A DNA stretch of 64,000 nucleotides from Eledone cirrhosa. Lineage: Eukaryota. Below are positions 42,250-57,200 of the stretch, one piece after another. The stretch lies in NCBI GenBank assembly GCA_964016885.1, contig OZ024743.1, positions 175,956,001-176,020,000 on the forward strand. Reading direction: 5' to 3'. The notes under the pieces are model-generated. The model was not told where the DNA came from, did no database searches, and worked only from the letters and a program-made list of their open reading frames with translations. Each line of letters opens with the position of its first letter. Position 1 is the first letter of the stretch. The position numbers were made by a program, and so were the translations under genes.

Positions 42250-45200
42250 ATTAGACACAGTAGCAGTAACAACAGCAGTAGTAACAGCAACAGTAGTAGT
42301 AGTAACAACCCAGTAACAGTAGTAATAACAGCATTAACATTAGACACAGTAGCAGTAACAACAGCAGTAGTAACAACAGCAGTAACAGTAGTAATAACAG
42401 CATTAACATTAGACATAGTAGCAGTAACAACAGCAGTAGTAACAACAACAGTAGCAGTAGTAACATCCCAATAACAGTAGTAATAACAGCATTAACATTA
42501 GACACAGTAGCAGTAACAACAGCAGTAGTAACAGCAACAGTAGTAGTACTAACAACCCAGTAACAGTAGTAATAACAGCATTAACATTAGACATAGTAGC
42601 AGTAACAACAGCAGTAGTCACAGCAACAGTAGCAGTAGTAACAACCCTGTAACAGTAGTAATAACAGCATTAACATGAGACACAGTAGCAGTAAAACAGC
42701 AGTAGTAACAACAACAGTAGTAGTAGTAACAACCCAGTAATAGTAGTAATAACAGCATTAACATTAGACACAGTAGCAGTAACAACAGCAGTAGTAACAG
42801 CAACAGTAGTAGTAGTAACAACCCAATAACAGTAGTAATAACAGCATTAACATTAGACACAGTAGCAGTAACAACAGCAGTAGTAACAGCAACAGTAGCA
42901 GTAGTAACAACCCAGTAACAGTAGTAATAACAGCATTAACATTAGACACAGTAGCAGTAACAACAGCAGTAGTAACAGCAACAGTAGCAGTAGTAACAAC
43001 AGCAGTAACAGTAGTAATAACAGCATTAACATTAGACACAGTAGCAGTAACAACAGCAGTAGTAACAGCAACAGTAGTAGTAGTAACAACCCTGTAAAAG
43101 TAGTAATAACAGCATTAACATTAGACACAGTAGCAGTAACAACAGCAGTAGTAACAACAACAGTAGCAGTAGTAACAACCCTGTAACAGTAGTAATAACA
43201 GCATTAACATTAGACACAGTAGCAGTAACAACAACAGTAGTAACAGCAACAGTAGCAGTACCAACAACCCAGTAACAGTAGTAATAACAGCATTAACGTT
43301 AGAGACAGTAGCAGTAACAACAGCAGTAGTAACAGCAACAGTAGCAGCAGTAACAACCCAGTAACAGTAGTAATAACAGCATTAACATTAGACACAGTAG
43401 CAGTAACAACAGCAGTAGTAACAACAACAGTAGCAGCAGTAACAACCCAATAACAGTAGTAATAACAGCATTAACATTAGACACAGTAGCAGTAGCAACA
43501 GCAGTAGTAACAGCAATAGTAGCAGTACCAACAACCCAGTAACAGTAGTAATAACAGCATTAACATTAGACACAGTAGCAGTAACAACAGCAGTAGTAAC
43601 AACAGCAGTAGTAGTAGTAACAAACCTGTAACAGTAGTAATAACAGCATTAACATTAGACACAGTAGCAGTAACAACAGCAGTAGTAACAACAACAGTAG
43701 CAGTAGTAACAACAGCAGTAACAGTAGTAATAACAGCATTAACATTAGACACAGTAGCAGTAACAACAGCAGTAGTAACAGCAACAGTAGCAGTACCAAC
43801 AACCCAGTAACAGTAGTAATAACAGCATTAACATTAGACACAGTAGCAGTAACAACAGCAGTAGTAACAGCAACAGTAGCAGTAGTAACAACAGCAGTAA
43901 CAGTAGTAATAACAGCATTAACATTAGACACAGTAGCAGTAACAACAGCAGTAGTAACAGCAACAGTAGCAGTAGTAACAACAGCAGTAACAGTAGTAAT
44001 AACAGCATTAACATTAGACACAGTAGCAGTAACAACAGCAGTAGTAACAACAACAGTAGTAGTAGTAACAACCCAGTAACAGTAGTAATAACAGCATTAA
44101 CATTAGACACAGTAGCAGTAACAACAGCAGTAGTAACAACAACAGTAGCAGTAGTAACAACAGCAGTAACAGTAGTAATAACAGCATTAACATTAGACAC
44201 AGTAGCAGTAACAACAGCAGTAGTAACAGCAACAGTAGCAGTACCAACAACCCAGTAACAGTAGTAATAACAGCATTAACATTAGACACAGTAGCAGTAA
44301 CAACAGCAGTAGTAACAGCAAGAGTAGCAGTACCAACAACCCAGTAACAGTAGTAATAACAGCATTAATATTAGACACAGTAGCAGTAACAACAGCAGTA
44401 GTAACAGCAACAGTAGCAGTAGTAACAACCCAGTAACAGTAGTAATAACAGCATTATCATTAGACACAGTAGCAGTAACAACAGCAGTAATAACAGCAAC
44501 AGTAGTAGTAGTAACAACCCAGTAACAGTAGTAATAACAGCATTAACATTAGACACAGTAGCAGTAACAACAGCAGTAGTAACAGCAACAGTAGTAGTAG
44601 TAACAACCCTGTAACAGTAGTAATAACAGCATTAACATTAGTCACAGTAGCAGTAACAACAGCAGTAATAACAGCAACAGTAGCAGTAGTAACAACCCAG
44701 TAACAGTAGTAATAACAGCATTAACATTAGACACAGTAGCAGTAACAACAGCAGTAATAACAGCAACAGTAGTAGTAGTAACAACCCAGTAACAGTAGTA
44801 ATAACAGCATTAACATTAGACACAGTAGCAGTAACAACAGCAGTAGTAACAGCAACAGTAGTAGTAGTAACAACCCTGTAACAGTAGTAATAACAGCATT
44901 AACATTAGACACAGTAGCAGTAACAACAGCAGTAGTAACAACAACATTAGCAGTAGTAACAACCCAGTAACAGTAGCAATAACAGCATTAACATTAGACA
45001 CAGTAGCAGTAACAACAGCAGTAGTAACAACAACAGTAGTAGTAGTAACAACCCTGTAACAGTAGTAATAACAGCATTAACATTAGACATAGTAGCAGTA
45101 ACAACAGCAGTAGTAACAGCAATAGTAGCAGTACCAACAACCCAGTAACAGTAGTAATAACAGCATTAACATTAGACACAGTAGCAGTAACAACAGCAGT

Positions 45201-48200
45201 AGTAACAACAACAGTAGTAGTAGTAACAACCCTGTAACAGTAGTAATAACAGCATTAACATTAGACACAGTAGCAGTAACAACAGCAGTAGTAACAACAA
45301 CAGTAGTAGTAGTAACAACCCTGTAACAGTAGTAATAACAGCATTAACATTAGACACAGTAGCAGTAACAACAGCAGTAGTAACAACAACAGTAGTAGTA
45401 GTAACAACCCAGTAACAGTAGTAATAACAGCATTAACATTAGACACAGTAGCAGTAATAACAGCAGTAGTAACAACAACAGTAGTAGTAGTAACAACCCT
45501 GTAACAGTAGTAATAACATCATTAACATTAGACATAGTAGCAGTAACAACAGCAGTAGTAACAGCAATAGTAGCAGTACCAACAACCCAGTAACAGTAGT
45601 AATAACAGCATTAACATTAGACACAGTAGCAGTAACAACAGCAGTAGTAACAGCAACAGTAGCAGTACCAACAACCCAGTAACAGTAGTAATAACAGCAT
45701 TAACATTAGACACAGTAGCAGTAACAACAGCAGTAGTAACAACAACAGTAGTAGTAGTAACAACCCTGTAACAGTAGTAATAACAGCATTAACATTAGAC
45801 ACAGTAGCAGTAACAACAGCAGTAGTAACAGCAAGAGTAGTAGTAGTAACAACAGCAGTAACAGTAGTAATAACAGCATTAACATTAGACACAGTAGCAG
45901 TAACAACAGCAGTAGTAACAGCAACAGTAGCAGTAGTAACAACCCAGTAACAGTAGTAATAACAGCATTAACATTAGACACAGTAGCAGTAACAACAGCA
46001 GTAGTAACAGCAACAGTAGTAGTAGTAACAACCCAATAACAGTAGTAATAACAGCATTAACATTAGACACAGTAGCAGTAACAACAGCAGTAGTAACAGC
46101 AACAGTAGTAGTAGTAACAACCCTGTAACAGTAGTAATAACAGCATTAACATTAGACACAGTAGCAGTAACAACAGCAGTAGTAACAACAGCAGTAGTAG
46201 TAGTAACAACCCTGTAACAGTAGTAATAACAGCATTAACATTAGACACAGTAGCAGTAACAACAGCAGTAGTAACAGCAACAGTAGTAGTAGTAACAACC
46301 CAATAACAGTAGTAATAACAGCATTAACATTAGACACAGTAGCAGTAACAACAGCAGTAGTAACAGCAACAGTAGTAGTAGTAACAACCCTGTAACAGTA
46401 GTAATAACAGCATTAACATTAGACACAGTAGCAGTAACAACAGCAGTAGAAACAATAACAGTAGCAGTAGTAACAACCCAGTAACAGTTGTAATAACAGC
46501 ATTAACGTTAGACACAGTAGCAGTAACAACAGCAGTAGTAACAGCAAGAGTAGTAGTAGTAACAACCCTGTAACAGTAGTAAAAACAGCATTAACATTAG
46601 ACACAGTAGCAGTAACAACAGCAGTAGTAACAACAACAGTAGTAGTAGTAACAACCCTGTAACAGTAGTAATAACAGCATTAACATTAGACACAGTAGCA
46701 GTAACAACAGCAGTAGTAACAACAACAGTAGTAGTAGTAACAACCCAGTAACAGTAGTGATAACAGCATTAACATTAGACACAGTAGCAGTAATAACAGC
46801 AGTAGTAACAACAACAGTAGTAGTAGTAACAACCCTGTAACAGTAGTAATAACATCATTAACATTAGACATAGTAGCAGTAACAACAGCAGTAGTAACAG
46901 CAATAGTAGCAGTACCAACAACCCAGTAACAGTAGTAATAACAGCATTAACATTAGACACAGTAGCAGTAACAACAGCAGTAGTTACAGCAACAGTAGCA
47001 GTACCAACAACCCAGTAACAGTAGTAATGACAGCATTAACATTAGACACAGTAGCAGTAACAACAGCAGTAGTAACAGCAACAGTAGCAGTAGTAACAAC
47101 AGCAGTAACAGTAGTAATAACAGCATTAACATTAGACACAGTAGCAGTAACAACAGCAGTAGTAACAGCAACAGTAGCAGTAGTAACAACCCAGTAACAG
47201 TAGTAATAACAGCATTAACATTAGACACAGTAGCAGTAACAACAGCAGTAGTAACAGCAACAGTAGCAGTAGTAATAACAGCAGTAACAGTAGTAATAAC
47301 AGCATTAACATTAGACACAGTAGCAGTAACAACAGCAGTAGTAACAGCAACAGTAGTAGTAGTAACAACCCTGTAAAAGTAGTAATAACAGCATTAACAT
47401 TAGACACAGTAGCAGTAACAACAGCAGTAGTAACAACAACAGTAGCAGTAGTAACAACCCTGTAACAGTAGTAATAACAGCATTAACATTAGACACAGTA
47501 GCAGTAACAACAACAGTAGTAACAGCAACAGTAGCAGTACCAACAACCCAGTAACAGTAGTAATAACAGCATTAACGTTAGAGACAGTAGCAGTAACAAC
47601 AGCAGTAGTAACAACAACAGTAGCAGCAGTAACAACCCAATAACAGTAGTAATAACAGCATTAACATTAGACACAGTAGCAGTAACAAGAGCAGTAGTAA
47701 CAGCAATAGTAGCAGTACCAACAACCCAGTAACAGTAGTAATAACAGCATTAACATTAGACACAGTAGCAGTAACAACAGCAGTAGTAACAACAGCAGTA
47801 GTAGTAGTAACAAACCTGTAACAGTAGTAATAACAGCATTAACATTAGACACAGTAGCAGTAACAACAGCAGTAGTAACAACAACAGTAGCAGTACCAAC
47901 AACAGCAGTAACAGTAGTAATAACAGCATTAACATTAGACACAGTAGCAGTAACAACAGCAGTAGTAACAGCAACAGTAGCAGTACCAACAACCCAGTAA
48001 CATTAGTAATAACAGCATTAACATTAGACACAGTAGCAGTAACAACAGCAGTAGTAACAGCAACAGTAGCAGTAGTAACAACAACAGTAACAGTAGTAAT
48101 AACAGCATTAACATTAGACACAGTAGCAGTAACAACAGCAGTAGTAACAGCAACAGTAGCAGTAGTAACAACAGCAGTAACAGTAGTAATAACAGCATTA

Positions 48201-51200
48201 ACATTAGACACAGTAGCAGTAACAACAGCAGTAGTAACAGCAACAGTAGCAGTAGTAACAACAGCAGTAACAGTAGTAATAACAGCATTAACATTAGACA
48301 CAGTAGCAGTAACAACAGCAGTAGTAACAACAACAGTAGTAGTAGTAACAACCCAGTAACAGTAGTAATAACAGCATTAACATTAGACACAGTAGCAGTA
48401 ACAACAGCAGTAGTAACAACAACAGTAGCAGTAGTAACAACAGCAGTAGTAACAGCAACAGTAGCAGTACCAACAACCCAGTAACAGTAGTAATAACAGC
48501 ATTAACATTAGACACAGTAGCAGTAACAACAGCAGTAGTAACAGCAAGAGTAGCAGTACCAACAACCCAGTAACAGTAGTAATAACAGCATTAACATTAG
48601 ACACAGTAGCAGTAACAACAGCAGTAGTAACAGCAACAGTAGCAGTAGTAACAACAGCAGTAACAGTAGTAATAACAGCATTAACATTAGACACAGTAGC
48701 AGTAACAACAGCAGTAGTAACAGCAACAGTAGCAGTAGTAACAACCCTGTAACAGTAGTAATAACAGCATTTACATTAGACACTGTAGCAGTAACAACAG
48801 CAGTAGTAACAACAACAGTAGAAGTAGTAACAACCCTGTAACAGTAGTAATAACAGCATTAATATTAGACACAGTAGCAGTATCAACAGCAGTAGTAACA
48901 GCAACAATAGTAGTAGTTACAACCCAGTAACAGTAGTAATAACAGCATTAACATTAGACACAGTAGCAGTAACAACAGCAGTAGTAACAACAAAAGTAGC
49001 AGTAGTAACAACCCAGTAACAGTAGTAATAACAGCATTAACATTAGACACAGTAGCAGTAACAACAGCATTAGTAACAGCAACAGTAGCAGTAGTAACAA
49101 CAGCAGTAACAGTAGTAATAACAGCATTAACATTAGACACAGTAGCAGTAACAACAGCAGTATTAACAACAACAGTAGTAGTAGTAACAACCCTGTAACA
49201 GTAGTAATAACAGCAGTAGTAACAGCAACAATAGTAGTAGTAACAACCCAGTAACAGTAGTAATAACAGCATTAACATTAGACACAGTAGCAGTAACAAC
49301 AGCAGTAGTAACAGCAACAGTAGCAGTAGTAACAACCCAGTAACAGTAGTAATAACAGCATTAACATTAGACACAGTAGCAGTAACAACAGCAGTAGTAA
49401 CAGCAACAGTAGCAGTAGTAACAACCCAGTAACAGTAGTAATAACAGCATTATCATTAGACACAGTAGCAGTAACAACAGCAGTAATAACAGCAACAGTA
49501 GTAGTAGTAACAACCCAGTAACAGTAGTAATAACAGCATTAACATTAGACACAGTAGCAGTAACAACAGCAGTAGTAACAGCAACAGTAGTAGTAGTAAC
49601 AACCCTGTAACAGTAGTAATAACAGCATTAACATTAGACACAGTAGCAGTAACAACAGCAGTAATAACAGCAACAGTAGCAGTAGTAACAACCCAGTAAC
49701 AGTAGTAATAACAGCATTAACATTAGACACAGTAGCAGTAACAACAGCAGTAATAACAGCAACAGTAGCAGTAGTAACAACCCAGTAACAGTAGTAATAA
49801 CAGCATTAACATTAGACACAGTAGCAGTAACAACAGCAGTAGTAACAGCAACAGTAGTAGTAGTAACAACCCTGTAACAGTAGTAATAACAGCATTAACA
49901 TTAGAGACAGTAGCAGTAACAACAGCAGTAGTAACAACAACATTAGCAGTAGTAACAACCCAGTAACAGTAGCAATAACAGCATTAACATTAGACACAGT
50001 AGCAGTAACAACAGCAGTAGTAACAACAACAGTAGTAGTAGTAACAACCCTGTAACAGTAGTAATAACAGCATTAACATTAGACATAGTAGCAGTAACAA
50101 CAGCAGTAGTAACAGCAATAGTAGCAGTACCAACAACCCAGTAACAGTAGTAATAACAGCATTAACATTAGACACAGTAGCAGTAACAACAGCAGTAGTA
50201 ACAACAACAGTAGTAGTAGTAACAACCCTGTAACAGTAGTAATAACAGCATTAACATTAGACACAGTAGCAGTAACAACAGCAGTAGTAACAACAACAGT
50301 AGTAGTAGTAAAAACCCTGTAACAGTAGTAATAACAGCATTAACATTAGACACAGTAGCAGTAACAACAGCAGTAGTAACAACAACAGTAGTAGTAGTAA
50401 CAACCCAGTAACAGTAGTAATAACAGCATTAACATTAGACACAGTAGCAGTAATAACAGCAGTAGTAACAACAACAGTAGTAGTAGTAACAACCCTGTAA
50501 CAGTAGTAATAACATCATTAACATTAGACATAGTAGCAGTAACAACAGCAGTAGTAACAGCAATAGTAGCAGTACCAACAACCCAGTAACAGTAGTAATA
50601 ACAGCATTAACATTAGACACAGTAGCAGTAACAACAGCAGTAGTAACAGCAACAGTAGCAGTACCAACAACCCAGTAACAGTAGTAATAACAGCATTAAC
50701 ATTAGACACAGTAGCAGTAACAACAGCAGTAGTAACAGCAACAGTAGCAGTAGTAACAACAGCAGTAACAGTAGTAATAACAGCATTAACATTAGACACA
50801 GTAGCAGTAACAACAGCAGTAGTAACAGCAACAGTAGCAGTAGTAACAACCCAGTAACAGTAGTAATAACAGCATTAACATTAGACACAGTAGCAGTAAC
50901 AACAGCAGTAGTAACAGCAACAGTAGTAGTAGTAACAACCCAATAACAGTAGTAATAACAGCATTAACATTAGACACAGTAGCAGTAACAACAGCAGTAG
51001 TAACAGCAACAGTAGTAGTAGTAACAACCCTGTAACAGTAGTAATAACAGCATTAACATTAGACACAGTAGCAGTAACTAAAGCAGTAGTAACAACAGCA
51101 GTAGTAGTAGTAACAACCCTGTAACAGTAGTAATAACAGCATTAACATTAGACACAGTAGCAGTAACAACAGCAGTAGTAACAGCAACAGTAGTAGTAGT

Positions 51201-54200
51201 AACAACCCAATAACAGTAGTTATAACAGCATTAACATTAGACACAGTAGCAGTAACAACAGCAGTAGTAACAGCAACAGTAGTAGTAGTAACAACCCTGT
51301 AACAGTAGTAATAACAGCATTAACATTAGACACAGTAGCAGTAACAACAGCAGTAGAAACAATAACAGTAGCAGTAGTAACAACCCAGTAACAGTAGTAA
51401 TAACAGCATTAACGTTAGACACAGTAGCAGTAACAACAGCAGTAGTAACAGCAAGAGTAGTAGTAGTAACAACCCTGTAACAGTAGTAATAACAGCATTA
51501 ACATTAGACACAGTAGCAGTAACAACAGCAGTAGTAACAACAACAGTAGTAGTAGTAACAACCCTGTAACAGTAGTAATAACAGCATTAACATTAGACAC
51601 AGTAGCAGTAACAACAGCAGTAGTAACAACAACAGTAGTAGTAGTAACAACCCAGTAACAGTAGTAATAACAGCATTAACATTAGACACAGTAGCAGTAA
51701 TAACAGCAGTAGTAACAACAACAGTAGTAGTAGTAACAACCCTGTAACAGTAGTAATAACATCATTAACATTAGACATAGTAGCAGTAACAACAGCAGTA
51801 GTAACAGCAATAGTAGCAGTACCAACAACCCAGTAACAGTAGTAATAACAGCATTAACATTAGACACAGTAGCAGTAACACAGCAGTAGTAACAGCAACA
51901 GTAGCAGTACCAACAACCCAGTAACAGTAGTAATAACAGCATTAACATTAGACACAGTAGCAGTAACAACAGCAGTAGTAACAGCAACAGTAGCAGTAGT
52001 AACAACAGCAGTAACAGTAGTAATAACAGCATTAACATTAGACACAGTAGCAGTAACAACAGCAGTAGTAACAGCAACAGTAGCAGTAGTAACAACCCAG
52101 TAACAGTAGTAATAACAGCATTAACATTAGACACAGTTACAGTAACAACAGCAGTAGTAACAGCAACAGTAGTAGTAGTAACAACCCAGTAACAGTAGTA
52201 ATAACAGCATTAACATTAGACACAGTAGCAGTAACAACAGCAGTAGTAACAGCAACAGTAGCAGTAGTAACAACAGCAGTAACAGTAGTAATAACAGCAT
52301 TAACATTAGACACAGTAGCAGTAACAACAGCAGTAGTAACAGCAACAGTAGCAGTAGTAACAACCCTGTAACTGTAGTAATAACAGCATTAACATTAGAC
52401 ACAGTAGCAGTAACAACAGCAGTAGTAACAACAGCAGTAGTAGTAGTAACAACCCTGTAACAGTAGTAATAACAGCATTAACATTAGACACAGTAGCAGT
52501 AACAACAGCAGTAGTAATAGCAACAGTAGTAGTAGTAACAACCCAATAACAGTAGTAATAACAGCATTAACGTTAGACACAGTAGCAGTAACAACAGCAG
52601 TAGTAACAGCAAGAGTAGTAGTAGTAACAACCCTGTAACAGTAGTAATAACAGCATTAACATTAGACACAGTAGCAGTAACAACAGCAGTAGTAACAACA
52701 ACAGTAGCAGTAGTAACAACACAGTAACAGTAGCAATAACAGCATTAACATTAGACACAGTAGCAGTAACAACAGCAGTAGTAACAACAACAGTAGTAGT
52801 AGTAACAACTCTGTAACAGTAGTAATAACAGCATTAACATTAGACATAGTAGCAGTAACAACAGCAGTAGTAACAGCAATAGTAGCAGTACCAACAACCC
52901 AGTAACAGTAGTAATAACAGCATTAACATTAGACACAGTAGCAGTAACAACAGCAGTAGTAACAACAACAGTAGTAGTAGTAACAACCCTGTAACAGTAG
53001 TAATAACAGCATTAACATTAGACACAGTAGCAGTAACAACAGCAGTAGTAACAACAACAGTAGTAGTAGTAACAACCCTGTAACAGTAGTAATAACAGCA
53101 TTAATATTAGACACAGTAGCAGTAACAACAGCAGTAGTAACAACAACAGTAGTAGTAGTAACAACCCAGTAACAGTAGTAATAACAGCATTAACATTAGA
53201 CACAGTAGCAGTAATAACAGCAGTAGTAACAACAACAGTAGTAGTAGTAACAACCCTGTAACAGTAGTAATAACAGCATTAACATTAGACATAGTAGCAG
53301 TAACAACAGCAGTAGTAACAGCAATAGTAGCAGTACCAACAACCCAGTAACAGTAGTAAATACAGCATTAACATTAGACACAGTAGCAGTAACAACAGCA
53401 GTAGTAACAGCAACAGTAGCAGTACCAACAACCCAGTAACAGTAGTAATATCAGCATTAAAATTAGACACAGTAGCAGTAACAACAGCAGTAGTAACAGC
53501 AACAGTAGCAGTAGTAACAACAGCAGTAACAGTAGTAATAACAGCATTAACATTAGACACAGTAGCAGTAACAACAGCAGTAGTAACAGCAACAGTAGCA
53601 GTAGTAACAACCCAGTAACAGTAGTAATAACAGCATTAACATTAGACACAGTAGCAGTAACAACAGCAGTAGTAACAACAGCATTAGTAGTAGTAACAAC
53701 CATGTAACAGTAGTAATAACAGCATTAACATTAGACACAGTAGCAGTAACAACAGCAGTAGTAACAGCAACAGTAGTAGTAGTAACAACCCAATAACAGT
53801 AGTAATAACAGCATTAACATTAGACACAGTAGCAGTAACAACAGCAGTAGTAACAGCAACAGTAGTAGTAGTAACAACCCTGTAACAGTAGTAATAACAG
53901 CATTAACATTAGACAGAGTAGCAGTAACAACAGCAGTAGTAACAATAACAGTAGCAGTAGTAACAACCCAGTAACAGTAGTAATAACAGCATTAACGTTA
54001 GACACAGTAGCAGTAACAACAGCAGTAGTAACAACAACAGTAGCAGTAGTAACAACCCAATAACAGTAGTAATAACAGCATTAACTTTAGACACAGTAGC
54101 AGTAACAACAGCAGTAGCAGTAGTAACAACCCTGTAACAGTAGTAACAACAGCAGTAACAGTAGTAATAACAGCATTAACATTGGACACAGTAGCAGTAA

Positions 54201-57200
54201 CAACAGCAGTAGTAACAGCAACATTAGCAGTAGTAACAACAGCAGTAACAGTAGTAATAACAGCATTAACATTAGACACAGTAGCAGTAACAACAGCAGT
54301 AGTAACAGCAACAGTAGCAGTAGTAACAACAGCAGTAGTAACAACAACAGTAGCAGTAGTAACAACAGCAGTAACAGTAGTAAAAACAGCATTAACATTA
54401 GACACAGTAGCAGTAACAACAGCAGTAGTAACAGCAACAGTAGCAGTACCAACAACCCAGTAACAGTAGTAATAACAGCATTAATATTAGACACAGTAGC
54501 AGTGACAACAGCAGTAGTAACAACAACAGTAGTAGTAGTAACAACCCTGTAACTGTAGTAATAACAGCATTAACATTAGACACAGTAGCAGTAACAACAG
54601 CAGTAGTAACAGCAACAGTAGCAGTAGTAACAACCCAGTAACAGTAGTAATAACAGCATTAACATTAGACACAGTAGCAGTAACACAGCAGTAGTAACAA
54701 CAACAGTAGCAGTAGTAACAACCCAGTAACAGTAGCAATAACTGCATTAACATTAGACACAGTAGCAGTAACAACAGCAGTAGTAACAACAACAGTAGTA
54801 GTAGTAACAACCCAGTAACAGTAGTAATAACAGCATTAACATTAGACATAGTAGCAGTAACAACAGCAGTAGTAACAGCAATAGTAGCAGTACCAACAAC
54901 CCAGTAACAGTAGTAATAACAGCATTAACATTAGACACAGTAGCAGTAACAACAGCAGTAGTAACAACAACAGTAGTAGTAGTAACAACCCTGTAACAGT
55001 AGTAATAACAGCATTAACATTAGACACAGTAGCAGTAACAACAGCAGTAGTAACAACAACAGTAGTAGTAGTAACAACCCAGTAACAGTAGTAATAACAG
55101 CATTAACATTAGACACAGTAGCAGTAATAACAGCAGTAGTAACAACAACAGTAGTAGTAGTAACAACCCTGTAACAGTAGTAATAACATTATTAACATTA
55201 GACATAGTAGCAGTAACAACAGCAGTAGTAACAGCAATAGTAGCAGTACCAACAACCCAGTAACAGTAGTAATAACAGCATTAACATTAGACACAGTAGC
55301 AGTAACAACAGCAGTAGTAACAGCAACAGTAGCAGTACCAACAACCCAGTAACAGTAGTAATAACAGCATTAACATTAGACACAGTAGCAGTAACAACAG
55401 CAGTAGTAACAGCAACAGTAGCAGTAGTAACAACAGCAGTAACAGTAGTAATAACAGCATTAACATTAGACACAGTAGCAGTAACAACAGCAGTAGTAAC
55501 AGCAACAGTAGCAGTAGTAACAACCCAGTAACAGTAGTAATAACAGCATTAACATTAGACACAGTAGCAGTAACAACAGCAGTAGTAACAGCAACAGTAG
55601 CAGTAGTAACAACCCTGTAACAGTAGTAATAACAGCATTAACATTACACACAGTAGCAGTAACAACAGCAGTAGTAACAGCAACAGTAGTAGTAGTAACA
55701 ACCCTGTAACAGTAGTAATAACAGCATTAACATTAGACACAGTAGCAGTAACAACAGCAGTAGTAACAACAGCAGTAGTAGTAGTAACAAACCTGTAACA
55801 GTAGTAATAACAGCATTAACATTAGACACAGTAGCAGTAACAACAGCAGTAGTAACAGCAACAGTAGTAGTAGTAACAACCCAATAACAGTAGTAATAAC
55901 AGCATTAACATTAGACACAGTAGCAGTAACAACAGCAGTAGTAACACGCAACAGTAGTAGTAGTAACAACCCTGTAACAGTAGTAATAACAGCATTAACA
56001 TTAGACACAGTAGCAGTAACAACAGCAGTAGTAAGAATAACAGTAGCAGTAGTAACAACCCAGTAACAGTAGTAATAACAGCATTAACGTTAGACACAGT
56101 AGCAGTAACAACAGCAGTAGTAACAGCAACAGTAGTAGTAGTAACAACCCTGTAACAGTAGTAATAACAGCATTAACATTAGACACAGTAGCAGTAACAA
56201 CAGCAGTAGTAACAACAACAGTAGCAGTAGTAACAACCCAATAACAGTAGTAATAACAGCATTAACATTAGACACAGTAGCAGTAACAACAGCAGTAGCA
56301 ATTGTAACAAGCCTGTAACAGTAGTAACAACAGCAGTAACAGTAGTAATAACAGCATTAACATTAGACACAGTAGCAGTAACAACAGCAGTAGTAACAGC
56401 AACAGTAGCAGTACCAACAACCCAGTAACAGTAGTAATAACAGCATTAACATTAGACACAGTAGCAGTAACAACAGCAGTAGTAACAGCAACATTAGCAG
56501 TAGTAACAACAGCAGTAACAGTAGTAATAACAGCATTAACATTAGACACAGTAGCAGTAACAACAGCAGTAGTAACAGCAACAGTAGCAGTAGTAACAAC
56601 AGCAGTAACAGTAGTAATGACAGCATTAACATTAGACACTGTAGCAGTAACAACAGCAGTAGTAACAACAACAGTAGTAGTAGTAACAACCCAGTAACAG
56701 TAGTAATAACAGCATTAACATTAGACACAGTAGCAGTAACAACAGCAGTAGTAACAACAACAGTAGCAGTAGTAACAACAGCAGTAACAGTAGTAAAAAC
56801 AGCATTAACATTAGACACAGTAGCAGTAACAACAGCAGTAGTAACAGCAACAGTAGCAGTACCAACAACCCAGTAACAGTAGTAATAACAGCATTAACAT
56901 TAGACATAGTAGCAGTAACAACAGCAGTAGTAACAGCAATAGTAGCAGTACCAACAACCCAGTAACAGTAGTAATAACAGCATTAACATTACACACAGTA
57001 GCAGTAACAACAGCAGTAGTAACAGCAACAGTAGCAGTACCAACAACCCAGTAACAGTAGTAATAACAGCATTAACATTAGACACAGTAGCAATAACAAC
57101 AGCAGTAGTAACAGCAACAGTAGCAGTAGTAACAACCCAGTAACAGTAGTAATAACAGCATTAACATTAGACACAGTAGCAGTAACAACAGCAGTAGTAA

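Noticed and set aside
54182-54463. The only + strand ORF (93 aa, Thr/Val/Ala)
   Set aside because: It is created by a single TTA>TTG substitution read as an alternative start within 90/126-bp monomers. There is no other gene evidence.
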